Assembly: GCA_951406725.2 (NCBI GenBank)
Contig: OX597820.1
Span: forward strand, 100,564,001 to 100,628,000
DNA: 64,000 bases
Direction: 5' to 3'
DNA from: Octopus vulgaris
Lineage: Eukaryota
Part shown: positions 1-13,400 of the stretch, one piece after another
Position numbering within the stretch: the first letter of the stretch is position 1
Layout of the letters: each line of letters starts with the position of its first letter
Notes under the pieces: model-generated
The model's input: only the letters and a program-made list of their open reading frames with translations
The model's database searches: none
Told to the model about the DNA's origin: nothing
Translations under genes and position numbers: made by a program

Positions 1-2742
1 ATGGTGCTTTTTACGTGCCACTGGCACAGAGGCCAGTTGGGGCGGTGCTGGCAACGGTCACGTTTGGATGGTTCTCTTACGTGCCACCGGCACTGGTATC
101 ACAGCTACAATTTCCATTGATGTTGATCGATTTCGATTTTGATTTTCAAATAATAATAATAATAATAATAATAATGATAATAATAATAATAATAAGGTGG
201 TAAGCTGGTAGAATCATTAGCACACTGGACAAAATGCTTAGCAGTATTTCATCTTTTCAAATTCTGCCAGGGTAAGCTTTGCCTTTCATTCTTTTAGGGC
301 CAATGAAATAAATATAAGTTAAATGTAATCAACTGGGGTCAATGTAATTGACTGGTCCCTTCCCCACAAATTTCAGAAGCATTAGCACATCAGGAAAAAT
401 GCTTAGTGGCATTTCTTCTGGTTGTATATTCTGAGTTCCAATGGAGACGAGGTCAACTTTACTTTTTATCCCTTCAGTTGAGCACTGGAGTCAATGTAAT
501 TACATAAACCACCCACAAAAATTACCGGCCTTGTGCATATAGTAGAATAGATTATTATTATTAATATTATTATTACTATAATAAGGTGGTGAGCTTTCAG
601 AATTATTAGCGTGCTGAGGAAAATGCTTAACAACATTTCATTCATCTTCACATTTTGAATTCAAAATCTACTGAGGTCGACTTTGTCTTTCATCCTTTTG
701 GGGTTTATAAAATAAGTAACAGCTGAACACTGAAATTGGTTGCCTTGTGCCAAAATTATTATTATTATTATTATTACTATTACTATTATAATTAAAGAAG
801 AAAAAAAACCAACAACAGGGAGAATAATACCAACAATAACAACAACCACTTCTACCACCTGTTCAGTTTTGTTTGAGTAGGAGTACAACATGGAGATTGT
901 GGAACAAATAATGCATTCAAGCAATATTTCCTATCATGCTTGTTTGATTTAAAGACAGTAGGGGTATTTGTTGAGAAAAAATTTGGTTGTTATACCAAGC
1001 AATTTGAATAACTACAACAGTAACTGGCTTATATAATTGGCTATAACAATATAGATAATGCATAATGCCTTCATACACATGAATCTTCATATAACAGTAT
1101 GATGTATGAAAATGAAAGTTTTCAACTTGAACAAAGTTGTGCTTCTTGATAGAGAGAACAACTCAAAGTATAAATGAAGAATATTATTTTGAAATCTTTC
1201 TACATTGCGAAAATGGTAGATATAAATCAATAGATAAATCTTTAGTTCCATTAAAAGATAAAAGAACAGGCACTTTTGACAGTTTTCTCAATATAGCATG
1301 AGATGATTAAAGTGTAATCAGAAGAGATTGTGTGTAGTTTTTTAAACAGCATTTGTAAGTGTGTGTGTGTGTGTGTGTGTACAGTCTTTTTGTTGTTTTC
1401 ATCAAAAGAGTGAGAATGTTCAAGCCACAGTTAAATTTAGCTGGACATGCTGCTGGACATAAAAAGTATTTCAAACTACAATCCTTTTGAATGTAATTAG
1501 TGTATGTTATTGTTGTAGCTGCAAAATGGTAAAATGGTTAAGCGTTTGCTTCACAACCTTGAGATCCTTGGTTCAATCCCAATGTAATTGTAATCTTAAC
1601 TACACAGTTATATCTTCAGCTACGCAGACACACACACACACACACACATATATATCATCATCATCATCAATATTGTTAAATTTCTATTTTTTATGTTAGT
1701 ATGGAGTAGATAGTTTGACAGGAGGGGATGAGCCAGAGAACCATGCCAAGCTCCAATGTCTGGATGCCCTTCTTAATGCCAACCACTTCACAGAATGTAC
1801 TAAAAAAGGTAAAGGTGAAGCTTCCTCCTCAAGTCATACTGACACATAAGGGCTGGTTTTCATGGTGTACAAATTCCGCACCTGGATGGGACGCTGGTGT
1901 GTCGCAGGATTACTCATTTTTGCCAGCTGAGTGGACTGAAGTAATGTGAAATGGAGTGTTTTGCTCAAGAACACAATGCATCACCTGGTCCAAGAATTGA
2001 AACCATGATCTTACAACCATGAGTTCAACACTCTAACCACTAAGCCATACAGCTCCATGACAGAATGTACTGGGTACTTTTTATGTGGTATCAACAGAGG
2101 TGAGATCACCAAGAAACTCATAAGACAAGAACCTACAACTGATAGGTGTGTAGTATTGAGGTAACTTTATGTCAGATGGTGGGAGGTTAAGGTAAGACAG
2201 AAGGCTAGAAACAAGTACCTTGGAGAGGATATACATGGCTGCTCCATTTGGAAAAAAAGAGTAGATGGTGAAGAGAAGTCATGGTTCACTCTCAAGTTAC
2301 AGGAAGAGAAATGGTCCAGAAGATTGGACAGGGTGATTGGGTATATGTGTACGTGTGTGTACATATGTGTGCATATATATATATGTATATATATATTTGT
2401 GTGTGTGTGTCTGTATGGTGACCCTCAAGCAACTAGGTAAACTTTTAGATGTATACCATTTTTCATCAGTCTTTTTGGTAAATCAGATAGTTAGCTAGAT
2501 AGGTAGGTAGATAGAAAGATACAAAAAAGAGGGTGGTGAGAGAAAGGAAGGGTGAGAGAGAAGAAAAGGGAGAAAGAGAAAGAGGAAGAGAGAGAGAAAG
2601 AGGAGGAGAGAGAGAAAGAGGGAGAGAGAGAGTGGTTTAAATGGTTCAACAATATCTGACTAGCTTGAAGGCTGTGTTGGTCTCCAGTTTCTGCTTTGGC
2701 AAGGTTTCCATGGCAGGATACACTTTTCATAGTCAACCACAG

Positions 2743-2743
<1 letters not shown>

Positions 2744-2820
<77 letters not shown>

Positions 2821-2863
2821 TATACATATACATATACATATATATACATATACATATATATAC

Positions 2864-2916
<53 letters not shown>
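2744..2916. repeat. Compound (GT)/(TA)n/(TATACA)n microsatellite
   Basis: Visible directly; similar (TA)n tracts at about 24113-24170, 32283-32324, 41327-41400, 49913-50058 and 57239-57330. Confidence 0.95.
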
Positions 2917-2920
<4 letters not shown>

Positions 2921-3004
2921 TAGTTAAATTTATAGAAAACAAAAAGACAGGTGAAGTAAGAACAAGCAAGTGTATTAGTTTAATGCGCGTGGAGAATGGA
3001 AAAG

Positions 3005-3042
3005 CCTTTGACATTTCGAGCCTATGCTCTTGGACAGAAAGG
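3005..3042 (-). ncRNA. Degenerate minimal hammerhead-like motif in a Penelope-type repeat
   Basis: Minus strand: CCUUU-CUGUCCAA-GAGC AUAG GCUC-GAAAUGUC^AAAGG. Stems I and II pair, but the CUGANGA core is mutated. Confidence 0.4.
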
Positions 3043-3399
3043 ATTAAGAAGGAAAAAAATGGAAACAGAATGAAAAGAGCAGACAGAGAAAAAAATGTGT
3101 AGGGATTAATGGTTCAATGCATATGTGTATGTATATATGTATATATTTATAAATATATAATATATATATTCTTTTGCTTGTTTCAGTAATTTGACTGCAG
3201 CCATGTTGGAGCATTGCCTTTAGTTGAACAAATCGACCCCAGGACTTATTCTTTGTAAGCCTAGTACTTATTCTATCAGTCTCTTTTGGCAAACCACTAA
3301 GTTATGGGGACATAAACACAGCAACATCAGTTGTCAAGTGATGGTGGGGGGGACAAACGCAGACACATAAATACATAGATATGTATATATATATATTTT

Positions 3400-4134
3400 G
3401 AGCATTTCTTTTCTTCAGTGGCTTTAGCAGAAAATCTTGCTAGTGTAAGTACTTACACATGCAGTACTGTTATGGGAAACTGTAAAGGTTTACCTTGTGA
3501 AATGAAAACAAAATAAAAAAGAAGGGGAAACATTTTACAAATGCAAAAGGAAAATTTATTAGCTACTGCTTTCAAAGACAAAAGACAGATTTTATTTCTG
3601 TCTACTAATGAACAACCTGATATTGGTGCAGAGGGGAAACCCCTAGTAAATATTTGTTATACCAAATATATGGGTGGGGTTGATAAATCTGACCAGTATT
3701 GGGCATATTATCCAGTTGGTTGACCTGGGAAGAAATGGTGGAGGTACATTTTGTGGTCTTTAGTTAATTTAACTATAGTTAATTCATATATTGTATATGT
3801 AAAAAGCCACAAGGTACATTTGCCACCAAAGGACTACGACCATTTGAAGTTTCGGGTTGACATTGCATCTCAGATACATGAAGGCTTTTCTTCTAGAAAG
3901 CACAGAACTGGGAGAAAAGTAAAATTAACTGAGGTGGATGCCAACAGAGAAAATATTGACTTTCATAGATATCAAAAAGATAAATGGAAGAAAAAAGTTT
4001 GCAGACTGTGTTTGCTGCAAAAAAGAAAAACTGCAAAAGGGTATCAGATTGAGACTTCGTATATGTGTTCCTTTTGCAAAGTGCCCTTGTGTAAAGGGTG
4101 CTTTGGGCAGTTTCATCACAGAAATATGTCATAA
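3400..4134 (+). pseudogene. piggyBac transposase, C-terminal half, with in-frame stops
   Basis: One frame from 3400: EHFFSSVALAENL (degenerate DNFF motif)...YTKYMGGVDKSDQ (third catalytic Asp motif)...KKWWRYILW..NSY...CRLC..MCSFCKVPLCKGCFGQFH (Cys-rich C-terminal domain). Stops at 3514 and 3721. Confidence 0.92.
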
Positions 4135-4803
4135 CTATATTATTTCATCATATATTCCTTTTCATTTTATTATAAATAATATGTGAAATACATATTAATT
4201 TTCAGTATGTTACACACCTGTATTCCCCATTGACTCACCTGTTAATGAGCTTTTTTTTCATTAGAGGCATTCTGTTACATAAATGAATTCATTTCAGTGA
4301 ATAAGAGTACATAGCAAATGGTATGTTGACTAGTAAAAGAGTTTTGTACTTTATTTTCAATGAAAATGTTTGAATGAAATATAGAGAAAGAATAAAATCT
4401 TGTACCGGTTACACCTGTATTTTAATTAATTCAAATTAACGTACCATATCTTGAAAAATGTAAAATTGTTGGTGTTTCACATCTGGGATACTTTTAGTAA
4501 CAAATCAAACAGGTAAGATGTATTATGAATATGAATTTTAGTGTTTATTCATAATGTTATTGTTTTTACACCCATTAATTAAATTTACCTGCCCATAAAA
4601 GTCAAATTTAATCAGAAAGATCAGCTAAAATTATGTAACTATAAATCACTGGCAAAATTTACAAAATTTCAAATCTGTATGTAGAAAATTACAAAGTTAC
4701 AAGCTAATATTGTGGACACCCCACTTGAACCTGAATAAATCAAAATTAATGTGAACAGATAAGCATTACATCTGACAAATTAATCTGAACAGTAAAGGGT
4801 TAA
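3400..4803 (+). mobile_element. 5'-truncated piggyBac DNA transposon
   Basis: Transposase remnant followed by right terminus CAGTAAAGGG and TTAA target site at 4800-4803. Confidence 0.88.
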
Positions 4804-5618
4804 AAAATGCAGTATCTCTAATGCCAAGGATGGTACTGAAGATGATATTCTGTACAATAGCAATGACAAAGTCAAAGCGAATTCACCAGAAACAGAACCA
4901 GACTGGAATCCATATGATGATGGCATATGTGATGAATCTTGTGATATGTATGAGAAACTTTTAGAAACAGATAGTGATGATTGTGAGAAATTTGATAGGT
5001 TTTAGATAAATACATGTGGCAGGTTCGGTGTTTTATTAATATTATTTATCTTGATAGGAAATTTTTAAAAAATTATAATGTCTTATGTTTTAAATGCAAC
5101 TACTGTAAAATAATTCTATCGAAAAATAAAAGTTGTGAGTAATCCAAATTGCATTATTTACCACCAAATGATAATAGATATTTTATGAAAAATATAAATA
5201 TGTTATTCTAAATGTTATTACTAGTTATACATCACCATTAAAATTTTTGAAGGTGAGCAAAAGATAAAGGTTACTGTGAGCGCAACCATAACTTGATGTT
5301 TACATTTTCTCAGCTGAGCTCACATAGATAAAAGCTGATTTCAATGATATAGAATTATCTCTCGAATAGGTTATTTATTATAAAGATATGCCAATAATAT
5401 ATAAGTAAAAATGTTTTTATTACCTATATTATAATTTTTTTTATTTTGTTAATCTGCTCATGTATGTTTGTGGTTATGGCACCGAGGTTGAGGTTAGCTT
5501 ACTTATAAAATCCCTTAAAATTCAAAGTTTAATTTTTAGAATGGTGGTATAAGACGACCCCAAATTTTTAGGGTAAATTTTAAGATTTAAAGGTTGTCTT
5601 ATATGGAGAAATATACAA
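4802..5618 (+). mobile_element. pogo/Tigger-type transposon, 3' end
   Basis: 4802-5005 reads KKCSISNAKDGTEDDILY...SDDCEKFDRF*, like pogo-DDE transposase C-termini (FKKCGISNA.DG.EDD). Subterminal TATAAGACGACCCC at about 5548; terminal GGTTGTCTTATATGGAGAAATATACAA followed by TA. Confidence 0.75.
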
Positions 5619-8304
5619 TATATATATATATATATATATTTATACATATATACATACTCATATGCATACATATATACACATATATAAACACACACACATC
5701 CACATATATATGCACATGCCTAAAAAAAGTTTTTTCTACACACATACAGTAATTATACTCATTCACACATATGCACTCTCATATGCACTTGCAAGCATAC
5801 ATATACACATGAATACATATATACGATCTGATTTTCCATGTATGTTCTGAGATAATGCATGTGTTCAACTCAATTTGTTTATCCACATGTAAACATACAT
5901 GTATACAATAATACTGAAATATATGTATATATAGCTACATCATTACATAATTCGTACTCATACACTTAAACATGTATATACTTCATACAGACACACATTT
6001 TTCAATGCCATCAAATCAAAATTAAATGAAAACCATACTGGAATTAAAAAAAAAACTTTGTATGTTTGGGATTGAAACTAATCAGGAATTCATCCAAGTA
6101 TATAGATGCTAATAATGTGTCAAAGGCACACAGCATAGTAATTACTGCAGCAAGGTGTTAATGAAGATGCTAAATTATTTTTAATTATTATGGTTTCTTT
6201 GTTTTGTTTAAAAATACAAACAGTGTTGAGCAGCAATAAATTTAATTTACATGGGTGCTTGTATATGTATATATAATGTTAATATATAATTTATATATGT
6301 GTGTGTGTGTGTGTGTGTATTAAGGTGGAGAGCTGGCAGAATTGTTAGCACATTGAGCAAAATACTTAGTGGCATTTCACTTGTTTTTACATTCTGAGTT
6401 CAAATTCTGCCAAGGTCAACTTTGCCTTCCATCCTTTAGGGGTCAATAAAATAAGTAGCAGCTGAGTACTGGGGCTGATGTAATCAAATTACCCTGTCCC
6501 CCAAACTCACTGGCGTTGTGCCAAAATTTGAAACTAATATATATGTTTGTTGATATGTGTGTGCATGTGTTAACCCATAACATTCACATTACACAGTTAA
6601 ATCTACGGCTTATTTATTTATTTACATTGTTTTAAATTAATCATGCATTATCTCGTGACTTAAGAATTTGATGGTGTAATTGTTTATTTTTAGGTTAAGT
6701 GTAAGAATTTGGATCTGGCCAGTTTGAACATAAAAGTGGCAGAATATTTTAGCTGGTTATGGCCAGTTTAAATACAAAAGGCTTAATACATGTGTGTGTG
6801 TGTGTGTATGTGTATACACACACATTAACCCTCACAAATGTATACACACTTAATCTGCACATATATTCGCACAATCATATAAATCAGTCTCAATCAACTT
6901 GTGATGCCAATCATAAAAAAAATAGTGCATACACCCACATGCATGCACAGTGCATTTCCTCTGCTATCCTAGCATATATCAATGATACTCTGGTTCACAT
7001 GAACACACTGCTCTGATTCAGATCACTTCACAGCTCTCAGCCACATGACACAAAAGTGAACATCCTCTAATCAGTATTCCCTTTATGCTATTTACACTTA
7101 GCATCTCAATTCCCACCTAATCTCTTATTATTGCTCTTAACCACATCTTTTTTTTCACTCCTTCAAAACTGGTCACTTAGTTCTAATGGACGTAACACTA
7201 CTACGCACTGCTACCATGTTAAGTGCTTCATTAGCCTCTAGTATCATATTCAGTTTTTCCCATGAGAAAATTTACCTGTGAATGACTGTCATCCTATATA
7301 AAGAGAAATGTGTCCCTCATTAACATCCTATCAACACAGAGTTTGCACTATTTACAGAACTGATGAACTGCTCACAGCAGATTATCTCTTTGAAATACCC
7401 AGCTCTCTTCTCTTTTATGTTCTCCCTTTAGGCATCTCTTTGTACTGTTTGGAAATTTCTATTAACAGAAAAATATTTTCACTTCCATAGCTTCCTTCTA
7501 TTTTTAATTTTATTCCAAACCTTTCTCAGTTTCCAGCTAAATTCCCCAGCTCTGATTTTATGTTGAAGAGTACATTTTTTATCCTGAAATGATTCAGTGA
7601 TTTACAGCGTGCAGATGAAAATTAAAAATAACATAATGAACTTACTGAGAGAAACTAAAAATATTATCTAAAAGTCAAATGGAGTTCAGTATTTCTATTA
7701 TATCTTAGCCAAATTTCAGTTTCAGTTAAATTTCCTGAGATTTCTTTTTTAGTTGTTTTTTTTTTTTTTTTTTTTTTTACTTTATCCCTTTCTGCATTTT
7801 GATGTATAAACAGCTCGAGGTCAACCAATGCCCTGTGAGTGAATTTGATAGATGAAAAATATGTGGAAGCCTGTCATGTGTATATACTTGTATATGTGTC
7901 TTTGTTGCAGTATTTCTTCCTACTTTTCAACTGCTTGACAAACAGTATTGGTTTGTTTATATCCCTATAATTTTGTAGTTCAGCAAAAGAGACCGATAAG
8001 TACCAGACTTTAAAAAAAATATTAAGTACTGGGAGTCTATTTGTTTGACTAAAAACCTTTTAATGCAGTTTCCCAGTAGGGTTGCATTCCAATGATTGAA
8101 ACAAGCAAACGATAAAAGATCTATAACAGAAAAAGAAACAAAACAATCATATTATTATTTCTAGCATAATGTAATAAAAACTTCAAACATTTATTTTTAA
8201 ATAAAAATATCTAATTCCAAGCTGGCTGCATAAATAAAGTAACTTATTTATCAGATACTAAGAATTTTTTTTCTTTTTAGACAAAGGTGAGTAATAAAAT
8301 TTAC

Positions 8305-8548
8305 CTGATCAAGTGTTGTCTGTGTAACTGAGTATTCCTCAATATTCATTTGAGATTTCATATTCTCCATTATGCAAAATATCTTTGATAAAGAGACTTC
8401 TTTAATACCCAATTGATAACTTAACATGTTGTAATGTTTTTCTTTGCAAACTGCATGTGGGAAATGCTCTGTTATGTATTTCATCACAGGTTGAAGATCA
8501 GGATGCTGGCCGATCAGTCTTATAGATAGCAAATAGCCATCACCAAAT
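8305..8548 (-). CDS. ABCA1: ABCA exon, 244 nt (R2): (R)[11 protein letters not shown]...[13 protein letters not shown]
   Basis: aaactag|A acceptor, CAG|gtaaat donor; FGDGY and YSV.QTTLDQ motifs. Confidence 0.97.
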
Positions 8549-10431
8549 CTAGTTTTAAAAATAAAGGTAAAAATCATTACAAAATCATTACAAAATATCA
8601 GTGATATCATCATCATCATCATTTAACATCCATTGTCCATGCTAGAATGAGTTGGATGGTTTGACCAGAGTTAGAAAGCAGGGGAGCTGCACCAGTTTGA
8701 TTTGGCATGGTTTCTATGGCATGATGCCCTTCCTAATACCAACCACTTTACAAAGTGTGCTGGGTGCTTTTACATGGCACCACACACACACACACACACA
8801 CACATGTACATCTACCCATATATATATATATATATATATATATAAATTTATATATATGTATGTGTGTGTAAATTTGTTTAAACAGATCATGAACAAAGTT
8901 AATTAAATTAGTTAAGTAATTTAAGCAGTTAAGCAGTTTAGTAGGTAAAGTGATTAAAAAAGCTGAGATTAACACAAAGAAACTGGTTGAGAAAACATGA
9001 TAATCAGGGATGGTTAACTAAGACACTGCCCAAAGGCAAAACCATTAGTGTGTCAGACTACCAGCAAAGATATACTTGGTTCATATTCCATCACTTGGGC
9101 TGTGTAGTGTCATTTTCAAAACATTCTACGCTTTTTGTGCAAGAAGAAGAAACTAAATGGGTACCAGTGATACAGTTTAGCAATTTAAGTAGTGCAAGCC
9201 CTGTACCTCTTAATGAGGTACAGGGCTTATTTCTGTTTGCAGTGTTGAGATGAATGTAGTTAGCATAGAGAGAAGATATTGATTCTACCAGACTGACATA
9301 CCCTGGGCACATAAAGACAAGGTGTTGTCTCAAATATCCAATGATTTATGGCACTCGTTACCATTGATACAGGATAGAAAAGGATAATGCAAATACATTT
9401 GTTTAATGTGATGGTTATTCTTAATATGATTCCCTGATGATGCTGATGCCTGTTTTATTTCTTTCACTTATTTTAAGCCACGACTTGTTTGGTGAGAGAG
9501 AAACAATGCATGTTAACAAAGAAATTTTAGATACATAAAATGGAAATTGTAGCTGTGATACCAGTGCCGGTGGCACATAAGAGAACCATCCGAAATTGGC
9601 CATTGCCATCACTGCCCCGACTGGCTTCCGTGCCGGTGGCACGTAAAAAGTACCATCCGATCGTGGCCATTGCCAGCCTCGCCTGGCCTCTGTGCCGGTG
9701 GCACGTAAACAGCACCATCCGATTGAGGCCGTTTGCCAGCCTCGTCTGGCACCTGTGTCGGTGGCACGTAAAAAGCACCATCCGTTCATGGCCATTGCCA
9801 GCCTTGCCTGGCCTCTGTGCCGGTGGCACGTAAACAGCACCATCCGATTGTGGCCGTTTGCCAGCCTCGTCTGGCACCTGTGTCGGTGGCACGTAAAAAG
9901 CACTTACTACAATCATGGAGTGGTTCGCGTTAGGAAGGGCATCCAGCCATAGAAACATTGCCAGATCAGACTGGGCCTTCCCAGACCCCAGTTGCACCGG
10001 CCAACCCATGCCATCATGGAAAGCGGACGCTAAACGATGATGATGATGATGAAAATTGTGCTTAGTATATGTACTGCTCTCTCACTCAATAATAATAGGG
10101 AGCATCATAGCCATGTGTTGAGAGGGATTCTTTGGGGTTTGAATAATTCACCTCTGGAAACATGGGTGGTTCTTTCAACATCCTTAAACAACCCTTATTC
10201 AGGGACCTTTTGAGCGGGATGGGCTACTCAACCTGAAGAAAATTCTAACTGGGCCCCACCTGCAAGGTCATGTGCTGTTTATCTTGATATGAGATCACCA
10301 TGTCGCGCACATATGGTTGTGATGCATGCGCCTGGTGTACCTTTATCAGACGGGTAGTCATGATGGGTATATTGGGCTTCGTATATTTTACCCCAGTGTC
10401 ACTTTGATGGCATGCACTGCTCTCTCACTCA

Positions 10432-10466
<35 letters not shown>

Positions 10467-13400
10467 AATAATAATAAAAATAATAAAAAGTAAGTGAATG
10501 TAACATACTGGCACAGAAAGAATACAAGACATGATAACCTAGGGAGAGCAATACATTGGGAGTTATGTAGAAAGCTAGGATTTGAACATACTGATAAATG
10601 ATATGAACATGAATCTAGTAAAGTACTAGATAGTAAGAAATATAAAATGTTGTGGGACTTTAACATTCAGACTGATAGAGTAATAGAAAGCCTGATTTAG
10701 TAGTAGTAAATAAAGAGAATAGAAAGAGCCAGATAATTGATTTTACAGTCCCAAATGATGAAAAAATCAATATGGAAGGTATAAAAAATATAGCAAAGTA
10801 CCAGGACCTAGCTATTCAGTTATAGAGACTATGGAAAGTGTGGGTAAAATATATTCCAGTAGTTATAAGTGCACTGGGAAGTATCCCTAAAGATCTGAAC
10901 AGATGAATAGAGGAAATAGGCATAAAACCCACTCTAGTACAGCTCCAGAAAACTGTGTTATTAGGGACAGCTAGGACACTTAGGAGGGTTCTTGGCATCT
11001 AGGGTTACTTGTTGTAGCCAAATGTTAGGAACTTTTCTTTTCCAGCAGTCTAATCTGTTGAGAGTATATGAATAGTAATAATAATAATAATAATCCTTTC
11101 TTCTATAGACACAAGGCCTGAAATTTTGGGAAGAGGGATAGCCGATTAGATCAGTTCCAATGCTCAGCTGGTACTTATTTTATCGATCTTGAAAGGATGA
11201 AAGGCAAACTTGACCTCAGCAGAATTTGAACTTAAAAAACATAAAGACTGATGTAATGCCACTGAGCATTTTGTCAGGTGTGCCAGCTGGCAGCCTTATA
11301 CTACTACTACTACTACTACTAACAACAACAACAGCAAAAACAATAATAATAATAACAACAACAACAACAACAGTTTTATATTCAGGCACAAGGCCAGCAA
11401 TTTTGAGGGAAGATGGAATAGCTGATACCATTAACCAAACTACTTGACTGGGACTTTATTTCATCAACTTCAGGAGGATGAAAAAGTTGTCCTCAACACA
11501 ATTTGAACTCAGAACGACAAATTCCACAAAACATCTTTTTACAATACTCTAACAATCCTTACAGCTTGTAAGCAATGCTCAAGTGCACTACAACTTGTCA
11601 GAAAAGGGTGAAAAAGAGAGCAGAAAGCAGCAATAAATCAAGTAAAAAAAAACCCATGGCATTTATAGCCATAGTGCTTAGAACCAGTGTTCTGAAATTT
11701 ATTCTGTAGGAAAATTGAATAAGTTTTTTGCATGCTTGTTTTCATTATTTTAATGTTTTACTGGTTTTAAGCTTTGGACTGTGGCTAAACCAGAGCACCG
11801 ACTTCAATGAAATAGTTATTACATCAAACTGTGGTTGACTAATAGTTATTTTATCAACCTCAGAAGAATAAGAATAATTGAGTTAATATTGGTATGATGC
11901 CATAACTTTGGAGAAGATTGATACAGCCGATTGAAGCAGCCCAAGTACATGATTCAGCGGGTATTTTATTGACATCTGAGGAATAAAACGTAGTTTATCA
12001 GGTGCTCCACGTTTCTACCACTCTACTTAATAACATCAAATGTAATGTTTTATAGCATCATACATGGTCCGTTTTAAATAAGCTATCATTTTTCACAGAA
12101 TGGATGCAAACAGCTTTATTAATGTACATAAGAGAGTTAATTATATTGATAGAGACATGCATTGCAAGATGAGTGTTGTTTGTTGAGTGTAAAATGCTAT
12201 AAAATTGTTGTAATATATATATTCAGAAGAGGAGTAAACCAATAAAGTTCAAAACAGTGTAGTCTTTAGCATTCAAAAAAGCTACATCTGCTAATATTAT
12301 GAGGCATAACAAAAGGTGTATGATTAGGCTATATGTTCAGATCTTACAACTGTTCAACTATTATTGCATTGAATACCTCTACTCTCTGAACAAGGCACCT
12401 GAACTATGCAACTATGCTTGCCTCAATTTGCTTGACCAACTTAAAAAAAAATTAAATGGAAATCAAATATTCCATGTGCTTGCTGCTTACATGGAATAGC
12501 TTTACCTCCCCATGGTACCAATTTACAGCTTTTCTAAAACTTCAAATGACATTATCTGAATTTTAGTGTAACTTTTAACTTTCTACAGTTTGGCTCCTCT
12601 TCAATTCTGTAAAATTTGGGATATTGCTAAATAACCTAATGAAATTCAAATCTGAATAATTTGGTATTCTAGGGAAGCCAACGTATCAAACTGATATTTC
12701 TCTGTAATTAGTAATTACAAAGAAATTTAAAACAACTTCAATAAAACATGTATTTATATTGTGAAAAATTCATGATGAAAAATTCAAAATATAGTCATTA
12801 TTTTTGTAGAGATGGAAATTTCATTTCAAGATGTTTGTATTTTGAAATTTCAAATGGATGAAAGAGATATTTCCAGAGCATAAGATAATGCTTTAAATTT
12901 GAATTGAAATAGAGTGAATAATAAAAGTTACATTTTTTTTTTATTGGGTTTCACATTTAATTCAAATTCAATTTGACTTTTCAAAAATACCTTTCAATTG
13001 ATTTTGTTTTGCATTATATATATTTTCATTTATTTTTTAATTTGCAATTTCCACAAAAGAAATAACTCTGAAAAACAAGACAAAATTCAATAAAATTCTG
13101 TTGATATTTTAAAAATAATTATCAAAAAAAAAAAAAGAAAAAAAAGAAATTACCTATTTTTTAAATGTTGTACACTTCCAAGGCACTGGAACCTACCATT
13201 TACCATTATAGCAATTTTTCCACATAGAGCTTCACACTCTTCCATACTGAAGTAGAATTTATGAATTTGTTGTTAATAAAAAACAAAAACAAAACATTTT
13301 AATAAGAATATATAAAAACTATTTAAAACAGGGAAAAATTCAAGTTTGTCAAATTATCGATAAGCAAAAAAAAAAAAACCAGAAAAAAATCCCCTGCAAT

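Noticed and set aside
2491-3102. Long YI/IY-rich ORFs
   Set aside because: Artefacts of stop-free (TA)n microsatellites
1-8304. Terminal ABCA exon (expected to begin VFxxFA)
   Set aside because: I found no AG|GTN TTY acceptor with the expected peptide, so it probably lies beyond the window's left edge
9421-10009. 160-aa ORFs with repeated motifs, or a CRISPR-like array
   Set aside because: They are translations of a retroelement 3' UTR minisatellite; the spacers are not unique, there are no cas genes, and the context is eukaryotic
12222-12265. CAGAAGAGGAG...TTCAAAACAGTGTA, a hammerhead-like relic on the plus strand
   Set aside because: Both core halves are mutated and the stems pair poorly
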